A stretch of DNA of 64,000 nt from Octopus vulgaris (Eukaryota), in NCBI GenBank assembly GCA_951406725.2, contig OX597825.1, positions 69,564,001 to 69,628,000 of the forward strand, given 5' to 3'. This document shows positions 53,311 to 64,000 of the stretch, one piece after another. Positions within the stretch are counted from its first letter, which is position 1. Each line of letters opens with the position of its first letter. The notes beneath the pieces are model-generated. The model searched no databases and was not told the origin of the DNA. It worked only from the letters and a program-made list of their open reading frames with translations. A program made the translations under genes and the position numbers.

Positions 53311-54772
53311 ATCTTCTTCTTCTTCTTCTTCTTCTTCTTCTTCTTCTTCTTCTTCTTCTTCTTCTTCTTCTTCTTCTTCTTCTTCTTCTTCTTCTTCTTC
53401 TCCTCCTCCTGCTCCTCCTGCTCCTCCTCCTTCTTCTTCTTCTTCTTCTTCTTCTTCTTCTTCTTCTTCTTCTTCTTCTTCTCCTTCTTCTTCTTCTTCT
53501 TCTTCTCCTTCTCCTTTTTCTTCTTCTTCTCCTTCTCCTTCTTCTTATTATCATTATTATTGAAACAGTCACAGAAAAATTATGAGAGTGGCTGAAAAAA
53601 AATAGTATTTGTTTATTTCTTATAAACAAGCATAAAAAAAACCACCATCCATTTCGAAACATGCTTGAATTTTAAATTGAGTTGTTTTTCCTGTTTTTCT
53701 ATAACCAAATGACTTTTGGTTTCGTTTTGACTGGCTTTGCCTTTCGGTGAATGGACGCCATTTCAAATGACGTTGAACGGATACAAATTAAAAAAAAAGT
53801 TAATACATTTCACCTTTTAATTATTCCATGGAACAAGCCAATTATATAAAATAAGAAGTTGCAGAGTTTTGATGAGAAATATGAAGTAGACACGACATTA
53901 GAATTTGGCGAAATGATTCTTTGATAAAAAAAAAAGTCCATAGAAGGACGCAACCAACAACAATGATAATGTCAATGACTTCTAATTTAATTACAAGGCC
54001 AGTGAATTTGAAGGAATAGGTTGTTCTACACTATCAACACAAGTATATAACTAATACTCCATTATCTTGATTCCGGAGAGAAATAGATTGACCTTGGCGT
54101 GGTCAAGAGAAATAGGTTGTTCTATGCTATCAACACAAGTATATAACTAATACTCCATTATCTTGATTCCGGAGAGAAGTGACATAGATTGACCTTGGCG
54201 TGGCCCTGAACTAAAATCTTTAAGAGCCTGGAGAAATACCAATTATTTTATGCAACGCTCCAACGAGTCAGCCAAATGACAATTCTTTAACAATGGTATA
54301 AGCTGCTTATTTTTCGAAGAGGGATTTGTTCGATATCATCTGCATCAGCATTTAAAACCTATATAGGTCAAAGGGGAATACAAAATTGGTTAGTTTGGTC
54401 TTCAGTGCATATCGTGTGAAATACGTCTGGAGAATTAGTCTTTCTTGCCCATAGATTACATAAATCGTAGCATGGATGGGGGCTAAAGAAAAATGATTGT
54501 TTTTTTGGCTTTGAATTCAACGTGGGTGCTTGCACAATAAAATAATTATGAGAATTTACACAAAATTCAAGCATGCTTTCGAAATGTATGCTGGTTTTTT
54601 TGCTTGTTTATAAGAAATAAGCAAATACATTTTTTTTTCAGTCACTCTCAGAATTTTTCCGCGACTGTTTCAATAATAATGATAATAATAATAGAAGAAG
54701 AAGAAGAAGAAGAAGAAGAAGAAGAAGAAGAAGAAGAAGAAGAAGAAGAAGAAGAAGAAGAAGAAGAAGAAG
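53311..54772. repeat. Large inverted repeat: (TTC)n + ~130-bp arm ... arm + (GAA)n
   Basis: 53545-53673 is an imperfect reverse complement of 54562-54693; flanking microsatellites are also inverted. Confidence 0.85.
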
Positions 54773-55224
54773 ACGAATCTAACTGAGTTCATCTCCACAT
54801 TCCTTTACATGGAGGCTTAAGCAGCGAGCTAGCAGAACCATCAGTACACCGAATAAAGTGCTTAGCAGAATTTCGTCCGTCTTTACTTTCTGAGTTCAAT
54901 TTCCGCCGAGGTGGTCTTCGTCTGTCATCATTTCAGGGGTCGATAAATTACTACTAGTTGAGCACATTGTGCCTACAATGGTAACGATTCTGAACTCATC
55001 AGCGAAGTGTCATCAAGTACATATTCACTGAGGTTGTGATAAAAGGAACGCGAGATTGTAGATTTATGTCTGAAAATAGTAATATTTAGACATAAAGCAA
55101 TTTTTAAACAACACTTAGCTGTGTGGTTAACAAGCTCGATTCGCAACCACCTTCTTTTGGTTTCAGTTCCATCACACGTCCTTTTGGGAATGTGTCCTCT
55201 ACTGTATTGCCTTGGAAATTTTGA

Positions 55225-55763
55225 TAGGAAGGGGGTTAGTCGATTACCTCGATCCCAGTGCGGAACCGGTACTTATTTCATCGACCCTGAAAGGATGAAA
55301 GACAAAGGCGAGCTCGGCGAAATTTGAACTCAGAACGTAGCAGCAGACGAAATACCTATTTCTTTATTACCCACAAGGGGCTAAACACAGAGGGGACAAA
55401 CTAGGACAGACATAGGTATTAAGTCGATTACATCGACTCCAGTGCGTAACTGGTACTTAATTTATCGACCCCGAAAGGATGAAAAGCAAAGTCGACCTCG
55501 GCGGAATTTGAACTCAGAACGTAGCAGCAGACGAAATACCTATTTCTTTATTACCCACAAGGGGCTAAACACAGAGGGGACAGACATAGGTATTAAGTCG
55601 ATTACATCGACTCCAGTGCGTAACTGGTACTTAATTTATCGACCCCGAAAGGATGAAAGACAAAGGCGAGCTCGGCGGAATTCGAACTCAGAACGTAGCA
55701 GCAGAAGAAATACCGCTAAGCATTTCGCCCGGCATGCTAACGATTCTGCCAGCTCTCTGCCTT
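55225..55763 (-). mobile_element. SINE family C trimer
   Basis: Two gaaatacctatttc junctions (about 55350 and 55533). Confidence 0.9.
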
Positions 55764-55799
55764 ATAACATGACATATAATGCAATCTAGAATAAGTCTT

Positions 55800-56605
55800 T
55801 ATCTTTTAACTTTGGATTGCAGCAAAGCTGGGGCACGACCTCCAAGGGTTTAGAGGAATATAGCGACCCAAGTAATTGCAATAAACAAAAATACTGGTTC
55901 TCATTCTATCGACTAGTTTTGCCAAACCGCAATGTCAAGATGTAAACAACAAACAACAGATGTCAAGCAATAAGGAGCGGGACAAAAACTCTCACCCTAC
56001 CCATACAAACACACACACACACACACACATAAGCAAAGGTCTTCCACGTAATTCCCTGCTACCAAATTTATTCACAAGTCATTGGCCAATGCGGAACTGT
56101 AGTAAAAATACTTACTCACGTTCTCATGGTGGGGTTGAAATGGAAGAAACGTGGTTGCAAAGCAAGGTTCGTAACCACAGAGCCATGCTTGCGACTACAT
56201 AGTGTGACCGGTTTTTCATCTTTTACTTGTTTAAATCCTTAGATTACGCCCACGCTGGGGCACCGCCTGGAGGTAATTTATTCGAATGAATCGACACCTA
56301 GCATATTTTCTCTCGCTTTTGCAGAACTGTTTATTTACATGGCCGTAAACACACCAAAACCGTTTGTCGAGCGGTGGTAGGTTACAGACACACACATACG
56401 CATATATATATTCATATATAAATGCGTGTGTCTATGATAGGCTTCTTTCAGTTTCCATCTACCGAATCCATCCACAATGTGTTGGCCGGCCTGAGACTAT
56501 AGAAGACACTTGCCCAAAGTACCACGTAGTGGGACTGAACACGGAACCATCTGGTTGTGAAATAAACTTCTTACCACTCAGCCACGCAGCTACACTTGTG
56601 CCTAT
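55800..56605 (-). mobile_element. Two old, degenerate family A SINEs
   Basis: Residual tail and head homology at about 55800-56200 and 56215-56605. Confidence 0.6.
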
Positions 56606-57039
56606 GTCTTAACAAAACAGTTCAAGTAAATTTAGCAAGTAATAAGAGAATCGATAGGACGACTGTTGAATAAAAATGTACTGCAGTATCAATGCTGATT
56701 CTATATTCATAATCTGACCCTTGAATCAAGAGAAATTACAATTCCTATCCACTTAAGGTGCGACGAAATAAATAAATAAATGAATAAATACTGTGTTCTA
56801 CTGGAAATGTTTCAGATTAGATAAACGCATCACTTTTGCAGCCTTTCTCATGGGAACTAATCAAATTAATTATGAATTTGTTTTACAAATTAAGCCTGAC
56901 ATTTGTGAATAATTCACGTAAAACAAGCCTATATAAACAAACAAAATATCCAACACTAATAGGTACGTGCATTTAAGCCATGCTATTATGAAATACATGG
57001 ATATTTCCATACACATGATGTTTTACAATAATAGTATTA

Positions 57040-57398
57040 AAAGTACACTACCTACAAAACCTCTTCTTTCCTCTGATTGTAATTAATCGAACCAAAGTAT
57101 AGTGTGTATCTTGTCTACATTTGGATTTAAAACCCTACTGCATTAACACACACACACACACACACGCAGAGAAGTTTTTGCAAATAATTCTTGAAACAGT
57201 CGGAATATTTCAAGAAAGGTGCTGAAAGTACACTACCTACAAGACCTCTTCTTTCCTCTGATCGTAATTAATCGAAACAAAGTATAATATGTTTCTTGTC
57301 TATATCGGGATTTAAAACCCTACTGCATTAACACACACACACACACAAAATTTTTTTGCAAATAATTCTTGAAACAGTCGCAGTATTTCAAGAAAGGT
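57040..57398. repeat. Tandem duplication, about 185-bp unit
   Basis: aaagtacactacctacaa...tatttcaagaaaggt at 57040-57220 and 57225-57398. Confidence 0.9.
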
Positions 57399-59111
57399 TT
57401 TCTTGAATTAAAAATGACAGGAACCTTTTGTAAAAGAAAAACTTTGGAACTGAATGAAGCGTTTGTATTGTCTATCTTCTCGTAATTAACAATTTTTAAT
57501 TTTAAAATACGCGTGAAAACATAGGAACCTGGGCTATGAATAATACCAAAGTATAGAACTTGTGATTCTACTTTGTTAAGATTCGTCAGCTACGAACGCC
57601 GAATCCGTGTTGTTCTATGTGAGCAGCAAATACTAAATTCGCTGATGTGTGTAAAGCTACGTTAAGCTGGAGTTAATATATTAATGACACAAGGAGATGC
57701 GATGATTAAAGTAAATTTATGTACACTTATATATAACATGTTCATATACATTCAAACGTGGAGAGATCTACGATGTGGTAAATACTTCGGGACATAAATG
57801 TCCCTTAGATTCATTGTGTGTGAACAGACAACGTGTTGGAATGTGAATGACATCGTTGAACATATGTTTCTGCATAGTTAACTTAATCAGTTACTGACAC
57901 CGAATCTGCCTTATAGGTAAACTACCATTGTCATAGGTAAACTTCAAATAATAAATTTGCCTGTGTGTATGCAAATGTTTGACAAGCTGGAATTAACTAA
58001 AGGCATACTAAGCAGAGGTGATTAAAATAAAAATATTTACATGTATATAAATTATTTTAATTAATTAATTAAACTTCTACTTGCAGTGATGAGAACAGCT
58101 CGTTACTTGAATTATTCATTATCGTTTTAAAAGACAAAGCAGAAAAGCCCAGGATCCCAAATCATTAAAATTGATAAACAATAGAATGCAGTGGTGAGTT
58201 ACAGAAGAACTTCTGAGGTTCCCTCCCGTGTATTTTCTTCCATTAAAGATTCGATTTTTTTCAACACTAAAAGTGCATTCTTAATTAAATCTCATGTCAA
58301 ATAAAATCGTTTGAGCACTACATTAATAAATTAAGTGCACACATTATTATTTAGTGTTATACTACATTATGAAATATAAACAACTCGTGTATCCATGAAA
58401 TTAAAAGTTAATGAGACATCAAGTCATAACCGAATCATTAAAGAATAGACATAGGGAGATGAGAATCCAAAAAGGGATGGTTATCTGGTTAGGAAAATAA
58501 CTCACTGAACTTTGATGCCAGTCTTTTCGGTTTTGAATACATGTTGTCTTAGAAACAATCTTATTTTTTCTTAAATCTAATCAACGATATAGAGATGCAG
58601 AAATCCATACAATAAAGAAAAAGTTGTTTTTTCCTAAAATACGTCGCTGAACTTCGATTTAACTTCATTTGGATTTGAATATATTTTCTATGAGACACAA
58701 ATTTAATTTTTTAAATCTATTTAGTGGTTAAGAAGTAAGTCAAAACACTACACAAGAATTCTCAAATTTTGGGACCTTTGTCCAATGAAACCAAATTTCA
58801 ATTTCTTGTTTATTTTTGTCTTCAAGAAAATCTACAATCTAATTCGCCTTCCCTCACAGTTTGATGCAAAAAATCGCACATTTGCAAGATCTGGTTATTC
58901 AGAACCTGGCACTTTCGTTCGTTACTTGTTTGTTTGTTTCTTTCTTTGTTTCCTTCTGTCTTTAATTTCTTTCTTGGAGTTAATCATTAACAATGGAAAA
59001 ATGAGTGGACATACAAGTGATCGAGCATGAAAGAAAGTGAAAGGGTCAGGGAACAAAGAAGAGTCTGTCTGCCCGTGTGCTTTGTGTATGTGTGTGCATC
59101 TGTGTGTTTGC

Positions 59112-59153
<42 letters not shown>

Positions 59154-60127
59154 GCGAGAGACAGAGAGAGAGCAATAAAATTTTGTAAACAAATCGAGAT
59201 AAAACAAAACTGAAAAAAAAAACAAAACAAAAAAATCCCCAAAAATATACAGGTGAAAAAAATGGGAGAAACAACAAAATATTTTTATCTTTATAGAAAT
59301 ATTCCATTATAAATTATCATATATTCTTTAATAGGAATAAAACAAAACTCAAAAACAATCAAAACAAATCACATCCACAAAACTGAGACTAGCTTTGGTG
59401 AAATGTCTCTACTGAAATACGATGCTGCCAAGTTCCCTGCAATAATCCACTTATAATGGACAATATAATTTAACAGTTCAGGCAGTTGGAAAATTGCTAG
59501 CCTACTCTAAGGAGATTATTCGTTGGTTCCGGAATGATGACTCTAAACTAATAGGATAGCAAGTAGCATGGAAAAGAAATACTTTACAAACAGTGAAAGG
59601 CCCGGCTTTATCCATTAAATATATTTTCATTCTCGAAATGACATTATTTAAAAGTATTGTAGCATATCATAGTTTCGGGAAATTGCGAAATAGATGTCAA
59701 TTTTCTGTTTTCGTTTTTTTTTGTTTTTATTTTGTCTCATGACTGTCGCTAAGTTAACGGTGAATGTTATCGCGTTTCACCGATGTGGAAACTTTCTGTA
59801 GAATTGTGCTATAGAATTCGTTGAAGAATAAAATCAACGAAACAATATGAATCAATAATAATAACTCCAGTGATAGATAAATGCGTTTACGCCTGTGTTT
59901 CGTGTACTTTCACTTTCTATAATTGCGCAAACACGTCATTGTTTATTTTGACACATACTGTTTAAGATAATAGACAGTACATTAAAACACATACGACCAA
60001 CTATTAGATAAATAAATGTAATTGAGACAGGTTTCTATAAATCCCCTGTTTTTAAGAAAATATAATCTATTTGTGAATATTCATCCAATGAATCATTGAA
60101 TTATTGGAACAAATTCTTAGAATATAA

Positions 60128-60175
<48 letters not shown>

Positions 60176-60334
60176 CATAAAGAGAGAGAGAGAGAGAGAG
60201 AGGAAGGGAGAGAGTGAGGCGCAGGCGTGCCTGTGTTGTACGAAGTTCGCTTCCTCCAAGTGTCTTCTACTATAGGTTCGGGCTGACCAATGTCCTGTGT
60301 GTGAATTTGGTAGACGGAAACCGAAAGAACCCCT

Positions 60335-60385
<51 letters not shown>

Positions 60386-60390
60386 GTATG

Positions 60391-60466
<76 letters not shown>

Positions 60467-60900
60467 AGTCTTTGCCATTAATCATTTTGGAGTTGATAAA
60501 ATATGTATAAGTCGCTTAAATCGAATTACCACCTTCCCACTGATTGTTACTTGTGTTGAGCCAAAATTTGAAATAAATATATAAGGAGATTCCGTGATCT
60601 CGGTAATTAGATAAAATGAAGGGAAGATGGCGGAATATCGATGAATACAACTACTATTAGGAATTGAAAATGTAACTTTTCCGAATTCTGTCCGTCCTCA
60701 AAGAGCAGAAAAGATATCAAATAAGGATAGCTTTGGCAATCATCAGTTTTTGCAAACCATGATTGCGCTACGATGATCACTTAGCATAAATGCTAAAGAA
60801 TTATACTTTAATATAAAATGTTAGGTTTATTTTACCACTATGTCAGGGAATTGTCCACAACAAATTTTTACCCCAGGATCTCTGATATTAGTGGCAGGAA

Positions 60901-61135
60901 TCTATTTCTTTATTACCCACAAGGGGCTAAACATAGAGGGGACAAACAAGGACAGGCATAGGTATTAAGTCGATTACATCGACCCCAGTGCGTAACTGGT
61001 GCTTAATTTATCGACCCCAAAAGGATGAAAGGCAAAGTCGACCTCGGCGGAAATTTGAACTCACAACGTAACGGCAGACGAAATACCGCAAAGCATTTCG
61101 CCCGGCGTGCTAACGCTTCTCCCAGCTCGCCGCCT
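60901..61135 (-). mobile_element. Young full-length SINE family C monomer with TSD
   Basis: 13-bp TSD ttagtggcaggaa at 60888-60900 and 61136-61148. Confidence 0.92.
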
Positions 61136-61936
61136 TTAGTGGCAGGAACCGAGTACTTTATTCTCTAGGAGAAGCTCTGACTTTCTTGTTTGCAGCTAAG
61201 AGAAAATACGACAAAGGCCGTCGCTAAACATGAGTAAGTGTTGTGTCATTGTTTGTCCTTAGGTAAAATCTGATCGTGCAGATTTATTATCAAAAGTTTT
61301 CCAACAGTGAACATCTAGTCGGATGAATAGTTTTTCTCAAGTAATCGTGAGAATTGTTGTTTTGGGGGCGTATCTCGCCTCCAAAAATAGTTGAACTTCT
61401 TCAACAATTTTTGTGGAATCTCTGTTCCAGTTGCTGTGTTGCAGTTTTGAGTTGGAGGCCTGGATTACCTAGAGGCAGAAAGACTTGTGCTTGCTGTGTT
61501 TTTTGAACTGTTGAACTGTTTTTTCCTTCTTCTCTCTTTTTGAGGACTTCCTTTTTTCTTGAATTCTTGGCTGCATATTCACAAATAGATTATATTTTCT
61601 TAAAAACAGGGGATTTATAGAAACCCGTCTCAATTACATTTATTTATCTAATAGTTGGTCGTATGTGTTTTAATGTACTGTCTATTATCTTTAACAGTAT
61701 GTGTCAAAATAAACAATGACGTGTTTGCGCAATTATAGACAGTGAAAGTACACGAAACACATGCGCAAACGCAGGAGTAGATAATGCTGATATCATATCT
61801 TATTGCTTCGAAACAATAGCATCAGTTTGGAACAAAAGTTGTCACTTGTCTACTATTTCCAATACGTTCAGCAGCCACTAGCACGCGTCTTGAATGGTGT
61901 GAAAAAGGATTTATTAGGTAATGCTAATACTTGTCT

Positions 61937-62089
61937 GTGGAGGTACATAGCCTAGTGGTTAAAGCAGTGGACTCACGGTCGAGAGATTGCGGGTTCGAAT
62001 CTCAGACCAGGCGATGTGTGTTTTATGAGTGAAATATCTAGGCTCCACGCGGCAGAAGTTAATGGCGAAACTTCTGCTGACTATTTCGT

Positions 62090-62092
<3 letters not shown>
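61937..62092 (+). mobile_element. 5' half of SINE family B2
   Basis: Matches 25242-25400; ends at (TA)n. Confidence 0.8.
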
Positions 62093-62154
<62 letters not shown>

Positions 62155-62159
<5 letters not shown>

Positions 62160-62882
62160 CTCACCTTCTTCCTCTTGCAGCCCTTCTTTGCTGAGTCCTC
62201 TACCTCCTCGACCGCCTTCGTTCCCTCTTCTACAGAGGTCTCATCCAACTGCTCCAGGACCTTACTTTGTTCCTGGGGACAGTTTGTTTTTATATGGCCA
62301 GGCTCCAGGCACCAATGAGAACTGGGTGGGGCGACCTTCAAGAATCACAGGATACCTAGAACCGGCCATTTTCAAAAATATCCGGAAATACCAGATTCTT
62401 GGCTGGATGTGTTCACAGGGTCAAAACCGCTTTTGTCCCCACTCAATCAGCCGCAGGGAAAATTTTTACGTTGAGGAGCTTGGCTCTGCTGCCACCCGGA
62501 CCCCGGCGGATAGTGTCTTCAATCCACTCGGGTTCTATTCCGGGTGGCAAACCACAGACCCAAGTCCTTGTCAACTCATTCCCACAATACATGGGAAGAA
62601 ACAATATTTCCCCGCCCTCTAAGGGTTGACCCGCAAAATTGCGAGTCTCCTCAGGGGCGTCAAATAGCAACCACACCGTCGCATACTTGACACCCTTGGA
62701 AATAAATTTTATAGTTGGCATATACTTCGCCAACTCTGATTCTATATCGATTTTTCTGAAGAGGGAGATGGTGTCGAGCGACTTGAGGTCCTCAACACCA
62801 CAGGCCTCTTTTCCAAATCCTTCAACCACTCCTTGGGTGGGACAATTTCCCACTCCAAAATGGTGTCCTTTTTCTTCGCCAT
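62155..62882 (-). pseudogene. Frameshifted gag-like ORF1 of an L1/Tx1-type LINE with a CCHC knuckle
   Basis: MAKKKDTILEWEIVPP..., KIDIESELAKY..FDAPEE..LFLPMYCG..RTWVCGLPPGIEPEW, GRP../HWCLEPGHIKTNCP in shifting frames. Confidence 0.7.
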
Positions 62883-63545
62883 GTTTTTTGTAATAAAAAG
62901 TTCAACAGAAGGTCCAAACAGTTCAAGAGAAAGAGTTGAAAAAAGAATGAAGTAAAAAGAAAGAAAACAGTTCAAGAAAAATTCCAAAAAAGAGTCACAA
63001 CAAAAAAGAAAGGAAAAAAAGAAAAGAATTCAAGAAAAAATGAAGTCCCCAAAAAGAGAGAAGAAGGGAAAAAACAGTTCAACAGTTCAAAAAACACAGC
63101 AAGCACAAGTCTTTCGGCCACTAGGTAATCCAGGCCTCCAACTCGAAACTGCAACACAGCAACTGGAACAGAGATTCCACAAAATTTGGGGAAGAAGTTC
63201 AACTATTTTTGGAGGCGAGATACGCCCCCAAAACAACAATTCTCACGATTACTTCAGAAAAACTATTCACTTAAAGTGAACAAATTGCTTCCACAAATTT
63301 CACAAAAAATTGGTGAAGAAGTTCAACTGTTTTTGGAGGCAAGATGCGCCCCCAAAACAGCAATTCTCTCAATTAAGTGAGAAAAACTATTCACTTAAAG
63401 TGAAAGAATTTTCTCCAACTGTAGGCAGACCAGAGTTCAGAATCCAGTGAGGATTTCTTGTTTGTACAAACAGTAATTACAGCAAGCAACAAACCTCAAC
63501 TGGACCCCAAAAAACAAAAGTTTTACCTTACAGCTGAACTTTTTC
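62883..63545 (-). mobile_element. 5' UTR of the L1/Tx1-type LINE with an internal ~120-bp tandem repeat
   Basis: About 63175-63280 repeated at 63298-63404; directly upstream of the ATG at 62882. Confidence 0.55.
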
Positions 63546-63682
63546 AATCAATATTTCGCCAGCTGAACACCAGCGTGGTTACTTCTTTCAGCGCTAAGGA
63601 AAACACGGACATGCACAGTGGGAAGCAAGCTTCTTACCGTACAGCCACTCCCGCGTCCATATTGCTCATGTGTATAAAAGTT

Positions 63683-63720
<38 letters not shown>

Positions 63721-63722
63721 CA

Positions 63723-63792
<70 letters not shown>

Positions 63793-63793
<1 letters not shown>

Positions 63794-63932
63794 TGGTATC
63801 TTTCTGTTGAAGAGCGTAGTCTCGAAACGTAAAAGACTTGTTTTATTTATATTCCTGAGCGCCATACTAATACAATTGTTTGTTTGTATTCCACCTGCCT
63901 TCGTCTTTTGTTTATTTTCATAAAGCTTCCCG

Positions 63933-63934
<2 letters not shown>
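63793..63934 (+). mobile_element. Short pLTR-like insert between (TG)/(TA) tracts with hammerhead-like motif at 63799-63836
   Basis: TCTTT CTGTTGA a GAG cgtagt CTC GAAA cg TA AAAGA; same family as 43367-43537. Confidence 0.65.
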
Positions 63935-63982
<48 letters not shown>

Positions 63983-64000
63983 GATTTCTCTTGATGATAT

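Noticed and set aside
59330-59437. Possible minus-strand terminal exon (ttattgcag|GGAACTTGG...) followed by a T-rich UTR-like stretch
   Set aside because: Only 8-21 codons in any frame, no recognisable homology and no partner exon; needs RNA-seq.

Overview
AT-rich, repeat-saturated eukaryotic DNA with no host-gene exon I can support. The SINE families and extreme (TA)n/(CA)n/(AAT)n load resemble an octopus genome; this is recognition, not a database check. Almost all ORF-track entries are microsatellite or SINE artefacts. The one intact long ORF belongs to a young Penelope-like retroelement (PLE; RT + CX4CX2C + GIY-YIG, minus strand, about 32876-37190) with near-identical inverted pseudo-LTRs. 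Two observations stand out. (1) The RT frame has no ATG until after its conserved N-terminal motif. It overlaps an upstream ORF1 by 64 nt in the -1 frame, with an in-register U-UUU-UUA slippery heptamer, suggesting gag-pol-like -1 frameshifting in a PLE. (2) Seven hammerhead-ribozyme (HHR) motifs, plus one degenerate one, all sit in elements embedded in (TA)n tracts: two in the PLE pLTRs and the rest in 140-410 bp non-coding inserts or palindromes that look like miniature PLE insertions. Also present: three tRNA-type SINE families (one forming fixed-junction head-to-tail multimers), a defective IR/DR Tc1, a deleted mariner, a non-autonomous Helitron, a Helentron-like element, a MITE, old RTE/Vingi/L1-Tx1 fragments and several local inverted or tandem duplications.
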